Shown in pieces: positions 46,654 through 58,503 of a stretch of DNA of 64,000 nt. This stretch comes from a virus. Taxonomy: Duplodnaviria > Caudoviricetes. The notes below the pieces were generated by a model. The model searched no databases and was not told where the DNA came from. It saw only the letters and a program-made list of their open reading frames with translations. Position 1 is the first letter of the stretch; each line of letters begins with the position of its first letter. Made by a program: the position numbers and the translations under genes. The DNA lies in IMG/VR virus record IMGVR_UViG_3300037400_004242, one strand, 5' to 3'.

Positions 46654-49600
46654 TTGGCAGATGAAGTAAAAAGTAATAATTTAGATGTGACACAAACTGG
46701 TTTTAAGTTAATAGCTAAAACTGGTGCAAAATTAGAGAATGATACAGGAACTAATACATTACAAAATTCTCTAGAAGATAGTAGTGCAAAAAAGGCAGTC
46801 GAAGAGTTTAATAAATTAACAAGTTCTGCAAAGCCGATAAAAGAAGAAATAGATAAATTAATTGAAGCAATTAGCAATCAAAATATTGAAGGAATTCAAC
46901 AATTTTTAACAGAATTGCAACAAAATGCAACAACGTTGCAAAGTGCAATTGAATCAGGTAGTGTGGGTGATAATTCTACTATTTCGAGTTTAACATCACA
47001 ACTTTCTGAAATTCAAAAGGCTTCCACGCAGATTCAATCAGAGATTAATGGGATACAAGAAAAATATCAAACAGCATTTAATAATGTAGGCGAAGCATTT
47101 GCAAAACAAATTGGGGATGCGATGACAGGAGTATCGCAAACGATTGAACAAACATCTTCAAAAGTAAAAGAGTTTGCAGGTGCTTTAAATGAAATTAGTG
47201 TAAAAACAGGAGATATGCAACAAGAAGCGCAAAAAACAATTGATGCTTCTAAGCAAGTTCAACAAGCAATTTCAGAAGCCTATAAAGCACAAGAAGAAGC
47301 TATTAAAAAAGGAAATGTGTTAGCTTCTAAAACAGAAGAAACACAAGAAGTTATTGATGCTGAAATCGAACAAATCATTCAAGATATTAACAATCAAACA
47401 GGCGCATTTAAACAAATTGGTGATGAAATAAAACAAATGAGCGAAACACTTGCAGGAGAAGTAAGTGCGGAGCTAGAGAAAAATCTAGAACAATTACAAT
47501 TAGGGGTAACAGATGCACAAAAGAACGGCGAAGATGTAAGTGCAGATATAATTGTAAATCAGTTGCTAGAAAATTTTACATCAAAATTACAAATGGTAAA
47601 TGACATTAAAGCAAAGGATGACGGGAGCAACGTAGAAGTCATTCGTTCTTTAAGAGATTTTACAAATCAAATTCAAGAAAGTTTTTCTAATTCAATTCGT
47701 CAGAAGATTGATGTTATTCAGGAATATGCAAAAAGTGCTAATGTAGATAATAAAGAATTAGAAAGTGGAATTTTAAGTTTAAATGGATTATTAACAGAGA
47801 TAGAAGAACGTACACAAAGTACGCTTACAACGAATGAAAACGCTTTTAAGACGGCTTTGATAAATGCTGTGAATAATTATAGTCAACAGCAAAAAGAAGC
47901 CGCTACACCGGGAACCAAGAGCTATAATCGGGCTAGTGAATTATTGGCAAATAAGAGTTTAAGTGCGATTAACTATGATGATATTGCCAATGGTGCAAAT
48001 GATGCTTTAATTAATCTAGAATATTCTCGTGGAAAGAATAATCCTTGGTATCAATATGTTACAACAGGAAATTTACTTGGTAATAAAACAGATTTAGCAA
48101 ACAATTTAAGGAATGTACAACGTCATGGTGTTATTGCACAATCTGTAATTCCAAATGCAATTGAAACTCTTAGTAAGAGTGGATTAAGTAATAAAGAAAA
48201 AGCAGAAAATATTGGAAAACTTGCAGGAGCAAATTTATCAGTAAGTGATTCTATTAAACAAACTGCAAAAGGTATGAATTTATCAAGCGGTGGTGGTAAG
48301 AATCTTACAGAAGAAGATAAAAAAGTTTTTGAAGCGTTCCAAAAACAATTAAATAGTGCATTAGATAATTTAACTCGTACTATTAATGCGATTGAAGATT
48401 TAGACCCTGAAAATAAAACATTAGGAAAATTAAAAGAAGAACAGAAAGCGTTATTAGATTTAAAAAATCAAGCAGATAAAGCGAAAGATAGTTCATCAGC
48501 ATTGTCTAATGCCTTTTCAACAATTTGGAAAGGATTAGGAAAACTGAAAAACCTGTTAGCAGGTGGATTAGGTATGATGGGCTTAGGCGCACTTCTTTCT
48601 CCAATGCAAATGATTAATAAAGCTATTGGCTTTGAGGTAGAAGAAGGAAAAAGAAGATATGGCACAGCGATTACAGATTATTCAATGGGAGCAAGTTTAA
48701 ACCGTGGAAGAATCTATGATATTGCTCGTGTAAAGCCTTATGAGTATTTTAGATTATCGCAAGGTATGATAAAGGATGAAGAATATCTTAATTCTTATCG
48801 TACTATGGCTCAGGGCGTAGGAGGACATTACGGCTCAAATCCTGAAGCGGCGGCAAATGATATGCAAAGGATTACAGAAAATACTTTTGCATTTGGTCGT
48901 GTGAATGGATTAAGTGATTCTTCTATTGCAGGATTCATGAAAGCGACGTATAAAGATACTCGAATGTCTGCGGATGAAGCAAGTGCGGCATTAGTAGAAG
49001 TAGCACAAGCCGCTCAGTCAGCAGGTGTCCCTGTTGAAAAATATGTTAATACTATTACAAGTCTGTCACAACAGTTAATAAACCAAGGTGTAGGATTTGA
49101 ACAAGTAAAATCTTCTATGAATGGTTTAGTAACAAGGCGTGGATTGCGTGTTGAAGATGCTTCAAGTTTGTTGCAAAGTCAAGCGAGAGCAAATGAAAAT
49201 ATGGCAAGAGACTTGAATGGTAGTGCATTTTGGGGAATGATGTCAGGTCAAGGTCGTGACCCAATGAGTTTGATTGCAAGTGGTTATGACGCTTACGATG
49301 CAAAAACGGGTCAGCCGAAAGATGGCTATTTCCAAATGATGGCACAAAGAGTTATGTCAGAAGCTGGAACGATGGGCATGATTGGCGGTAATGCTATGGG
49401 CGGCGTCATGTTCATGGAATCTTTAATGCAACGTGGCTATACTCGTAAAGATGCTTCTATGATTGAAGATGCTCGTGAAAAGGGTGATGTTGGACTTGTT
49501 GCTGAACTTCTGAAAAAAGCAGAAGAACATAAAGATGGTGGTATTAATTCTTTAGCAAGTGCTATTGATGATGCAAAAGCAAAATTACAAGAAGCAGGTA

Positions 49601-52578
49601 ATCAAGTTTCTATTTTTCAAAAATTACAAGTAGATTTAGAAAGTGCTCAAAAGAAAATTGGTCAAGCAATTAGTGATTATTTGTCAGGCCCTCTCGCTTT
49701 ATTTAGACAAGGATTTGAAAAAGTTCTTGATACAATTGTAAAATATAGTGGAAAATTAATTGATGCAATTTCTGAATTTATTGGAGGAATGACAGGAAAA
49801 GGAGATTCGTCTCTTGCAAAAGCAGGAGCTTTTGTAGCGAATAATGCTGAATATGTATGGAAGAATCCTGGTCATGCTTTAGCATATACTGCCGCAGGAG
49901 TAGCTGGTTTAGGTGGCTTATATTTAGCTGGTCGTAAAGGATTAGGTGCGGCATCTGCTAAATTGTTTAAAAATTCAGGACCAAAAGGAACTAGTAATAT
50001 AGGCAAAACTATTACAAGCCTTGGAAGTAAAGGTAGAACAGGTGCTGTTTTGGCTGGTGCTGGATTAGCCGCATTAGCAGGAGGTTTTGCTCTTTCAACT
50101 TTAGTTAGTATGTTTACCAATGGTAGTGCTACAATTCGTGCGAATAATTCTGAAGCAGAAGAAGATAAAACAGCAGGAATGGCAGAAGCTAATATGTTAG
50201 CACAACCTCCTTCAAATCCAGGTTTAAGTGAAAGTAATTCTCCTGCAAGTAGTGGAGAAAGTGCTGTAGAACAATCTACAAGTACAGAAAGTAATACAGA
50301 AGAAGTTCCGAATGAAAACGGAGCTACTTATGGAGAAGGATATACAGAAGAATATAGTCAAATAGATTCTAATTTAGAAGATAAAAAAGGAGAATACAAT
50401 GAAAGTTTAAGTAATGCTGAATTTTTAAATGAATCTGTTAAAGAAATGTATGGCGATGCTATTGAAAATCAGCCATTATATGATGATAGTAAATATCAAG
50501 AACAACAGAAAAATGAAGAATCTAATAATGTTAGTAATGATATATTAGCGGCTTCTGTTGTTGGAACTTCTGCATTAGGATATGCAGGATATAAATATAA
50601 AAATAGAAATGCACAGCCTGGAGTGAAATCATCTTTTAAAAATGCATCAAAATTTGGAAAAGTTGGGAGAATTTTAGGCGGTGTTGGTAGTTTAGCTTAT
50701 TTTGGAGTTCAAGGCTATCAAGAATTTTTCGGAGAAAATGCAAATAAATATACAGGTGCACAACATATTGGTAGATTTGGTATTGATTTAGCAACAGGAT
50801 TAGCTGGAGCGTCATTAGGTGCTAAAGCTGGTGGTGCTATTGGAGCGGCATTTGGTGGAATTGGTGCTGTGCCTGGTGCTCTTTTAGGTGGTGTTGTAGG
50901 TGGACTTGCTGGTGGTGTAGCAAGTGATGTAATTAAAAATTCTTCATTAGGTAAAAAGTTTGGATTAGCAGATGTAGATGATGTTCGTGAAGCGCATGAT
51001 AAATATCAAAGTCGCGTAAAGCAATCAGAAAGTATTTATGGTGATGCAACAAAAAGTATTGTAAGTTCTAATGATGCAAGGACAAAAGCCGCAGAGCAAG
51101 CATTAAATTTGCATGGAATGAAATTGGAAGATTTAACAAATGACCAAGAACAATATATGAACGATGTTTATGCAGATTTAAAAGCGCATGGACTAGAAGA
51201 AAGCGTAGCGGCATTTATAGCGGCATTGTCCACAGCAGGTGTTGCTACACAGCAAAATAATGATGGTAAATTTGCATTAGAAAATGATAAAGATGTTACT
51301 GCAAAAGCTATGGATAAATTATTTCGTATTGAATCTAATAGTGCTTTAGGTTCTGAATATCCTGATACAAATGATTTTTTTCATGGAAACGATACAGATA
51401 ATCATAAAGGTGACCATAATAATTTATTTGCTTTAGATGTTGGTCGTAAATGGTTGCCATCAGAATCAATGTCATATGATGATAAAATGGCATTAGGTAA
51501 TGAGATTGCTACTGCCGCAAATTATGCGGCATCAAATCCAGATTCTGATATGTCTGGATTATTTAAAAGAATTTTCCCAGATGCTGGTACAGGAACAGCT
51601 TCAAGTATTGGAAAAGCTATAGAAAAATCATGGAATGATATAGATAAAGATGAAGCATCTGTAACAAATTGGTTGCAAGATAAGGCGGGTAAAATTTCAT
51701 ATTTTGCAAAAGAGGATAATAAAGACGATTTAACTAAAATTGCTGGAAAGATTGCAGAAGAAAAAGTTAATGGAGAAACTGCAACTTCGCATCCTGAGCA
51801 GGTTGCAAGTCAGTATCAATTAGGTCCTACTGTATCACAACAACAAGAAAATGCTAAGTCGCAACAACAAAGTACTCCAGCGCAAGAAAAAATGACACCT
51901 GAAAGTGTTGCAAAGAAAAATATGGAAAATTATAAAAATATGGAAGAACAAATTTCAGGTTTAGCTGGAATAAAAGATAGAGCATTATGGGCAGATAATA
52001 TAGCAACAGGTCAATTTATTTTTGATGGTACAACAACATTAGGAATGAATGGAAAACATCTTTCTTTAAAAGGAGCTAGAGACTTGTTCCGTATGAATAG
52101 TGGTAGAAGAACAAAAGATATGTATTCTTCTACATTACAAGGTTATGCTGATGGTGAAGGTAATCATCTTGAAGGTGCAGGTGTTAAAGATATTCGTGAA
52201 AATATGGAAAAGAAATATCTAAAACCTGCAAGAACAGTTTTTGCGGATGGAGAGCATTTTAAAGGAACTGCTGATGTCACAAATGCATTAGAGACAATGC
52301 ATCAGCAACAAAAGAAATATCAAGAGCAACAAGAATCAACATATGCACAAAATAAAGAAAATCAAGAAAAAGCAAAACATGAACAAGATGAAAAGAATAA
52401 CAATAATGCAGAAAGTGCATCAATACAAATTGTTGTTATGGGTTCTGGTGGAGATAAACAAACAGCAAAAACTGCTCAGGAAATTGCGCAAAGTGCTCAA
52501 AGAGCAAACCAAGAAGCAGATAGATTAAGAGAAGAGTATAAAGCTAAATTTGAATCAGAAAATATGACAAATACTTAA
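46654..52578 (+). CDS. Tape measure-like protein 1 (1974 aa)
   Basis: Long coiled coil, G/A-rich hydrophobic segments (glycine zipper), position after the tube and chaperone genes. Confidence 0.8.
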   Translation: MADEVKSNNLDVTQTGFKLIAKTGAKLENDTGTNTLQNSLEDSSAKKAVEEFNKLTSSAKPIKEEIDKLIEAISNQNIEGIQQFLTELQQNATTLQSAIESGSVGDNSTISSLTSQLSEIQKASTQIQSEINGIQEKYQTAFNNVGEAFAKQIGDAMTGVSQTIEQTSSKVKEFAGALNEISVKTGDMQQEAQKTIDASKQVQQAISEAYKAQEEAIKKGNVLASKTEETQEVIDAEIEQIIQDINNQTGAFKQIGDEIKQMSETLAGEVSAELEKNLEQLQLGVTDAQKNGEDVSADIIVNQLLENFTSKLQMVNDIKAKDDGSNVEVIRSLRDFTNQIQESFSNSIRQKIDVIQEYAKSANVDNKELESGILSLNGLLTEIEERTQSTLTTNENAFKTALINAVNNYSQQQKEAATPGTKSYNRASELLANKSLSAINYDDIANGANDALINLEYSRGKNNPWYQYVTTGNLLGNKTDLANNLRNVQRHGVIAQSVIPNAIETLSKSGLSNKEKAENIGKLAGANLSVSDSIKQTAKGMNLSSGGGKNLTEEDKKVFEAFQKQLNSALDNLTRTINAIEDLDPENKTLGKLKEEQKALLDLKNQADKAKDSSSALSNAFSTIWKGLGKLKNLLAGGLGMMGLGALLSPMQMINKAIGFEVEEGKRRYGTAITDYSMGASLNRGRIYDIARVKPYEYFRLSQGMIKDEEYLNSYRTMAQGVGGHYGSNPEAAANDMQRITENTFAFGRVNGLSDSSIAGFMKATYKDTRMSADEASAALVEVAQAAQSAGVPVEKYVNTITSLSQQLINQGVGFEQVKSSMNGLVTRRGLRVEDASSLLQSQARANENMARDLNGSAFWGMMSGQGRDPMSLIASGYDAYDAKTGQPKDGYFQMMAQRVMSEAGTMGMIGGNAMGGVMFMESLMQRGYTRKDASMIEDAREKGDVGLVAELLKKAEEHKDGGINSLASAIDDAKAKLQEAGNQVSIFQKLQVDLESAQKKIGQAISDYLSGPLALFRQGFEKVLDTIVKYSGKLIDAISEFIGGMTGKGDSSLAKAGAFVANNAEYVWKNPGHALAYTAAGVAGLGGLYLAGRKGLGAASAKLFKNSGPKGTSNIGKTITSLGSKGRTGAVLAGAGLAALAGGFALSTLVSMFTNGSATIRANNSEAEEDKTAGMAEANMLAQPPSNPGLSESNSPASSGESAVEQSTSTESNTEEVPNENGATYGEGYTEEYSQIDSNLEDKKGEYNESLSNAEFLNESVKEMYGDAIENQPLYDDSKYQEQQKNEESNNVSNDILAASVVGTSALGYAGYKYKNRNAQPGVKSSFKNASKFGKVGRILGGVGSLAYFGVQGYQEFFGENANKYTGAQHIGRFGIDLATGLAGASLGAKAGGAIGAAFGGIGAVPGALLGGVVGGLAGGVASDVIKNSSLGKKFGLADVDDVREAHDKYQSRVKQSESIYGDATKSIVSSNDARTKAAEQALNLHGMKLEDLTNDQEQYMNDVYADLKAHGLEESVAAFIAALSTAGVATQQNNDGKFALENDKDVTAKAMDKLFRIESNSALGSEYPDTNDFFHGNDTDNHKGDHNNLFALDVGRKWLPSESMSYDDKMALGNEIATAANYAASNPDSDMSGLFKRIFPDAGTGTASSIGKAIEKSWNDIDKDEASVTNWLQDKAGKISYFAKEDNKDDLTKIAGKIAEEKVNGETATSHPEQVASQYQLGPTVSQQQENAKSQQQSTPAQEKMTPESVAKKNMENYKNMEEQISGLAGIKDRALWADNIATGQFIFDGTTTLGMNGKHLSLKGARDLFRMNSGRRTKDMYSSTLQGYADGEGNHLEGAGVKDIRENMEKKYLKPARTVFADGEHFKGTADVTNALETMHQQQKKYQEQQESTYAQNKENQEKAKHEQDEKNNNNAESASIQIVVMGSGGDKQTAKTAQEIAQSAQRANQEADRLREEYKAKFESENMTNT

Positions 52579-52581
52579 TGA

Positions 52582-55500
52582 TTGAGGAGATTCGTTATGG
52601 AGAAAGAGAAAAATATTAGTTTGACAGGAAATTTTGATAAATCAATAAAAGAACTAGATTCTAATATAACGAATCTTATTAATCAATTTTTTGGTGTATG
52701 GAATAAGATTGATAATAGTATTTCGGATTCATCTAGTGTCGTTGCAAATTATTTAAATACATTATCTGAAATAAAAAGTCATTTAGATGATATTCAAAGT
52801 CAACAAGTAAAAAACACTTTGGCTAAAAATGTTCAAACACAAAAAGAATTATTAGATGCTTTTTTAAAAACAAAAGCAGAACTTGATAATTTCGTGCATG
52901 GATTTCAAAAGTCTGCGGATGAAACTATAAAGAAAGAAATTACAATTAAATTAAATTTTAATCAATTTAATATTTTAAATAATTTATTAAAAATATTAAA
53001 TAACAATCAATTAAATGCAAAAGAAATAAAAATATCAAATCAATTTCAACTTGTAAATGAAAATAACTTGGCTACAGTTTTATCTTCTGCACAATCGCAA
53101 GTTCCTAATATTCCTGATAAAACAGAATTGGCTGTACAATCTATTCAAAATGTACTAAACATTATGTTGCAAAATCATTATAGTTTAGCTATGATTGCAA
53201 GCGGTTTGAGAGAAGATGTACAAAAAGCATCCAATATAAGGGATATAAAACAAACACAAATTTTAGCTGAAGTTTTAACAGATTTAAAAGAAACGACATT
53301 TAATCCTGACGAAGAAGTACGAAATAATAAAAAAATAGAAGATTTAAAAGAACAAATAGATAAGAGCTTAAAAGAAATTATTGATATTCGTAAAAATTCA
53401 ATAGATTATTCAGCTACAGATTCTATTAATAAAGATTGTGATGAAATTCTTCGTATGCTTGCAACTATGAAAGCGAATATAGATGTTGCAGAGCAAGAAC
53501 TTTATAAAAAAGATGAAGACAGAACTTTAAGTACGGTTGACGTATATCAGTTACTTCATTTAAATTTGATAAATACTTATAGTCAACAAGCAGATACGAT
53601 TCAAAAAAAGATAGAAAATTTATCCAAAAGTATTCATGAATCTGTTGCAGAATCATTAAAAGAAAAACATAAACAGTTAGATGACCCAGAATCTTTTACT
53701 TATAAACAAACAGAAAATGAATTACAATATCGAAGAATATCTGATATAAAAAATGTTTTGCCAAAAAATGATTCTTTAAATAAAGTAATTACATCATTAC
53801 GTATGAATCCTGATAAAATGAATAAATTAACGTTTATGTCAAATCAAGATTTTGGTAAACAAGTAAACGATGTTCGTAGAAATAATGCAGTTTTTGCAGA
53901 CAAAACGAAAAAGTTTTTAGATGAAAACGTTTCAACTAATTTAAACCATAATCAAATTTCTTTGGCTGAAATTACAGGAACGGCACAGGTTGTTGGTGAT
54001 TCTAATTTAAAATTAGCAAGGACAATTAATACAAATACAAATCCATTAATGTATAATCTTTTTGCTTCAAAATCCGAAAAAGAACAATTAGACTTAATAA
54101 AAAATAATATTGAAGATACAGTAAAAATGATGAATCGTATATTGTTATCTTATAGTGAATTAGAAGAAAAACCTGATTCTTATTATTCTTTAAGAAAACA
54201 AAAAGATGCATTACAAGATGAATTAACAAAAATTAATAATTTACAAAATTCTTTTAGTGAATTGGCAAGTGTATTACGATTAGCAAATTTAGCTCGTAAA
54301 AAAATCATGGGAATGTTAGCAGGTGGGTTAACATTTTTAGGAATTGGAGCTATTTTACATCCAATGCAATTATTGTCTCAATTTATAGAATCATCAAAAC
54401 AATTAGGACAATCAAGTTATCAAGTTGCGATGACAGATTTTTCTACAGGAGCGTCTATTGATAGAGGAAACATACATGATTTAGCTTTTCAAACTCCTGA
54501 TTATTATTTTGGTTTAACGTATGGACAAATTGGGATGCAAGAAGTTCCTAATTTACATCGTTCTCTTACAAGAATAATTGGTGGACAATTTGGTAATTCT
54601 CCTTCTCAAAATCGTAGTGATATGGCATATTTTGCAAAAAATATGACAGCAGATAAAAATTTGTTAGGTATAAGTGATGGAACGATAGGAGAAAATTTAA
54701 AGATTTTTTATCGTGATTTGGGAATGTCTGCGCAAGAAGCCGCTACGTATTTAAGAAGATTAGAATCATATGCGATGATGTCTCAAATTCCTATGGAAAA
54801 TTTCTTAGGCACAATTTCAGGAATGTCTGAGAGTTTACGAAATTTAGGTGTTCATACTAAGGTATTTGTTAATGCGTTAACATCTATGGTTAATTTCCAT
54901 AATATGCGTATTGAAGATGCTCGTAATATGATTCAAGAAACTGCTCAAAATGCAAATAGTTTTTCAAGTGATTGGGCAAGAAATATCTTTTGGGGAATTC
55001 AACGTGCTAAAAAAGGTGAAGACCCATTTAAAGTTTTGTTAAGAGGATATAAATCTCATGATAGAAATGGGAATGTAATACCTGAGTATTATGATTCATT
55101 AGTTGATAGAATGTTTGATGAAGCGAAATATTTTGGTACTCGTTGGGGTGGAAATCCAAACAATTCTTTAAATACAGTAGATATGTATAGTCGTTTATTA
55201 GAAGATGGGTATACATTAAAGCAAGCAAATACAATTGTACATTTACATCAGGAAGGAAAATTAGACGAATTAAAAGAAAAATTAAAAGGATATGATGAAT
55301 TAAATCAGAATCCTATGGCTCCTGCAAATACAACGAAAGAATATGCGGCAGAATTGAAAAAAGCTGGAAGTCAATTAAGTGAATTTACAAAGATTCAATC
55401 AGACTTAACTCGTGCAATTAATCAAATTGCAGATAAATTCAATAATGAATTAGGACCACAATTGTCAAAAGGATTGCCATTGATTGAAGCTATTTTAGCT

Positions 55501-58500
55501 AAATATGTGGCAGGAATGGAAGCAATTATAAAACGTATTGGTGGATTCTTAAGTTCTCCAATTGGGAAATGGTATTTAAATAATTTTGCAAATAATCCAA
55601 TTGAAACAATTGCAGGAACAGTAGCCGCAGGAACTTTAGCAAGATATGGTATGAAAAATTTGACTAAAGCAGGATTTAATTCATTAAAAGGGATGATTAC
55701 AGGAAAACCAACAAAATCACCTATTAATATTGGAGGAAAATATGGGAAAATAATTGCAGGTGGTGCAATATTAGGTACTGCTTTGTTGGGTGCTTTTGTA
55801 GGTACAGCAAATGCAAATGCGATGTACGATGATAGTGAAAATGATATTAAAGATAAAAATGATGAGCAAAAGGCACTATTGGTATCCATGTTTCAAACTG
55901 GGCAAGCAAGTGCTACTATTATTGGTAATTTAGCAACGAATATTCGTGATAATCATTTAGGAAAAATCGCAGGAATTTTAGTGGCAGGAGGTTTTGTATC
56001 TATTGCTTCTGCTTTTATTGCTAGATTTATTTCTAAACGAAATCAAGGAAAATTTTTAAGTAAATTAAGTAAATATAAACATCGTGATTTATTAGAAGAA
56101 TTAGCAAAACCAAAAGAATTGAGTAAAAAAGCAAAGAAAAATTTAGCTAGGTATGATTTAAAAAAGAAAAAATCCAAAAAGATTCGTACTTATTTAAAGA
56201 AAAGAGCACAATGGTTGGCTGATGTTAAGGCTTATAATGAACGAATTAAAGTAAATCGTAGAATTTCAAAGCACAATAAAAAAATGCATGAAATAAAAAT
56301 TCAAAAAATAAAACAAATGAGGATGAAAGCTCAAAATCATTTAAGCTGGATTCGTAAATTAAAAATTGGTGGTGGAGTATTAGCCGTCGCAGGTGCGATT
56401 ATATTTGGATTAGATGCATACTTTAATCGTGAGAAGAATCAAGAAGAACAAGAAGATAAGCAAAGTGAATCACAAGGGGATTTAATAAATCCACAACCAT
56501 TTGTTCAAAAATCAAATCAAAGTATTGCAGATTATAACAAAAGAGTAGATGAACAAAATCAAGAAATACAAAAAGAAAATTTAGCAAATCAAGTTAAAGA
56601 ACAAAATCAAAACTCAAATCAAGATAGTTTAGCAAAAAATCCTCCAACAAAACAACAAACAGATAAACAACAAAAAGAAGCAAGTAGAAATGGTGCTGAT
56701 TCACAAGCCCAATCTGCACAATATGCTGAAGTTGTTAAAAATACAAAACAACAAATAGAAGCATATCAAAAAGAGAAAGAAATGGAACAGCAGTATTTGA
56801 CTTATGACAAAACTGCGCAAGATATTTCTTTGTCGAATAATAATTTTGTTAATAAAAATGCTTCTAATTTATCGAATCATATTGAAGGATGGAAGAAAAC
56901 AGGTGAACATGAAAAGAGAATTTGGGGAGATAGCTATCGACAATTTTTAGAAATCTATGGAAATGAAGCTAAAGCATTGCAAATGGCGGCACAAGCATTA
57001 GCATCTGCTCGTGTAGCAGGTGGTGGTGGAATAAATGGTGCTCCACAATCATTTGTTGAATATGGTACTAAAATGTTACAAAGTGCTCCACCAGAAATAC
57101 GTCAAATGATAAAAAATGCGCATGATAAATATCCAAATGTTCCTGAATATGTTATTGCGGCAATTGCCGCACATGAAAGCGGATTTCAAAATGTAATGAA
57201 TGGTCAAGGCTCAGGTGCAACAGGTATGATGCAAATAATGCCTGGTACAGCCGCAGGAGTTGGATACGGAGACGAAGATAGATTGCTTCATGACCCACAA
57301 TATAATTTAATGGCAGGTACAGCATATGTAAGCACTTTAGCATCTAATTATGATTCATGGGCAAAAACTATATCTGCATATAGTTTAGGCGGTGGAGCGA
57401 TTAATGGTTTAATTAAAAAATATGGAAACGATTGGTATAGACATTTGGAAGAAGCGGATGAAGCGTCAGGTGTACCTGGTCAAACAACAAATTATTTAAA
57501 AAGTTTGGGATTAATGGATGGAAATGGAAATTTAAAACCTGAAAATGCAAGTTCCGTATCTATATCTCCTAGTGTGTCTAGTCCTCCAGGCGCAGAATAT
57601 AGTGGGAATTTAGGTGTTGATTTTTCTCATTTAAGATGGAGTGGATTCGTAGCAGATAAAGGATGGGACCATAGTTATGATGCACATGCAAATTCTGCAC
57701 AATATATTGCCATGGATATTGGTAGATTAACTCCAAAAGCGAAACAAAGACTAAATTTGTTTACTCAATTATATGCAAAATATAGTGGTGGTGGCACATT
57801 AGAATGGAACGTAGCTACATTAGGGCATGACCCTGGTACGGCACATACTACAGGAAGAAAAATAGATATGGAATTGGGCGGAGTAGATGTAGATGCTATA
57901 ATAAGAGCTGGTAATGAAGCCCATGTTGGTGTAGTTAATGAAGCTGGAACTCATTTTGATATATTGTTAGAAGGAACAGGAGGTTACGAAGGAAAACTTT
58001 TAACACAACAGTTTTCTTGGGATGATGCAAATTCTAATGGTAGTCAAGGTGGCGGTGGTGTAATTCCAACTCTTAATATAAATTTAGATGCTATGAAACC
58101 AAAAACATTAAAAGAACAATGGGACGCAAGTTTAAAAGCGTATAAAATTTCTGTTGGTGAAGGAAAAACTATTAAGGGAAGATATACGCATAATGGATTG
58201 TATTTGGAAGCTGGAAAAAATGCAGAATCGTATAAAGAAGAAGATGAAAAATTAAGAAATATATATAGTAAAGCATATGATATGACAGACGGGCAAATTA
58301 CAACATCAGATAAAGTAAAAGAAAATGTCGCATTTCTTGAATCAATGTATAGAAATGGGCACGAAGAAATGATGTCTATGTTACAAGCGAAAGAAAAGAA
58401 AGCAAAACAGTTAAATAAATTAACAGAAGATTTGAAAGAATATATTTACTATAATGATTTGTTTGAAAATGTAAAGATTGCAGATTCTAGAGCAACATCA

Positions 58501-58503
58501 TGA
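52582..58503 (+). CDS. Tape measure-like protein 2 with lytic transglycosylase (SLT) domain
   Basis: Core shared with protein 1; AIAAHESG..GATGMMQIMPGTA..N..AGTAY..AY..G; downstream H..G..HTTGRKID..THFDI resembles an LAS/M15 peptidase. Confidence 0.85.
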   Translation: MRRFVMEKEKNISLTGNFDKSIKELDSNITNLINQFFGVWNKIDNSISDSSSVVANYLNTLSEIKSHLDDIQSQQVKNTLAKNVQTQKELLDAFLKTKAELDNFVHGFQKSADETIKKEITIKLNFNQFNILNNLLKILNNNQLNAKEIKISNQFQLVNENNLATVLSSAQSQVPNIPDKTELAVQSIQNVLNIMLQNHYSLAMIASGLREDVQKASNIRDIKQTQILAEVLTDLKETTFNPDEEVRNNKKIEDLKEQIDKSLKEIIDIRKNSIDYSATDSINKDCDEILRMLATMKANIDVAEQELYKKDEDRTLSTVDVYQLLHLNLINTYSQQADTIQKKIENLSKSIHESVAESLKEKHKQLDDPESFTYKQTENELQYRRISDIKNVLPKNDSLNKVITSLRMNPDKMNKLTFMSNQDFGKQVNDVRRNNAVFADKTKKFLDENVSTNLNHNQISLAEITGTAQVVGDSNLKLARTINTNTNPLMYNLFASKSEKEQLDLIKNNIEDTVKMMNRILLSYSELEEKPDSYYSLRKQKDALQDELTKINNLQNSFSELASVLRLANLARKKIMGMLAGGLTFLGIGAILHPMQLLSQFIESSKQLGQSSYQVAMTDFSTGASIDRGNIHDLAFQTPDYYFGLTYGQIGMQEVPNLHRSLTRIIGGQFGNSPSQNRSDMAYFAKNMTADKNLLGISDGTIGENLKIFYRDLGMSAQEAATYLRRLESYAMMSQIPMENFLGTISGMSESLRNLGVHTKVFVNALTSMVNFHNMRIEDARNMIQETAQNANSFSSDWARNIFWGIQRAKKGEDPFKVLLRGYKSHDRNGNVIPEYYDSLVDRMFDEAKYFGTRWGGNPNNSLNTVDMYSRLLEDGYTLKQANTIVHLHQEGKLDELKEKLKGYDELNQNPMAPANTTKEYAAELKKAGSQLSEFTKIQSDLTRAINQIADKFNNELGPQLSKGLPLIEAILAKYVAGMEAIIKRIGGFLSSPIGKWYLNNFANNPIETIAGTVAAGTLARYGMKNLTKAGFNSLKGMITGKPTKSPINIGGKYGKIIAGGAILGTALLGAFVGTANANAMYDDSENDIKDKNDEQKALLVSMFQTGQASATIIGNLATNIRDNHLGKIAGILVAGGFVSIASAFIARFISKRNQGKFLSKLSKYKHRDLLEELAKPKELSKKAKKNLARYDLKKKKSKKIRTYLKKRAQWLADVKAYNERIKVNRRISKHNKKMHEIKIQKIKQMRMKAQNHLSWIRKLKIGGGVLAVAGAIIFGLDAYFNREKNQEEQEDKQSESQGDLINPQPFVQKSNQSIADYNKRVDEQNQEIQKENLANQVKEQNQNSNQDSLAKNPPTKQQTDKQQKEASRNGADSQAQSAQYAEVVKNTKQQIEAYQKEKEMEQQYLTYDKTAQDISLSNNNFVNKNASNLSNHIEGWKKTGEHEKRIWGDSYRQFLEIYGNEAKALQMAAQALASARVAGGGGINGAPQSFVEYGTKMLQSAPPEIRQMIKNAHDKYPNVPEYVIAAIAAHESGFQNVMNGQGSGATGMMQIMPGTAAGVGYGDEDRLLHDPQYNLMAGTAYVSTLASNYDSWAKTISAYSLGGGAINGLIKKYGNDWYRHLEEADEASGVPGQTTNYLKSLGLMDGNGNLKPENASSVSISPSVSSPPGAEYSGNLGVDFSHLRWSGFVADKGWDHSYDAHANSAQYIAMDIGRLTPKAKQRLNLFTQLYAKYSGGGTLEWNVATLGHDPGTAHTTGRKIDMELGGVDVDAIIRAGNEAHVGVVNEAGTHFDILLEGTGGYEGKLLTQQFSWDDANSNGSQGGGGVIPTLNINLDAMKPKTLKEQWDASLKAYKISVGEGKTIKGRYTHNGLYLEAGKNAESYKEEDEKLRNIYSKAYDMTDGQITTSDKVKENVAFLESMYRNGHEEMMSMLQAKEKKAKQLNKLTEDLKEYIYYNDLFENVKIADSRATS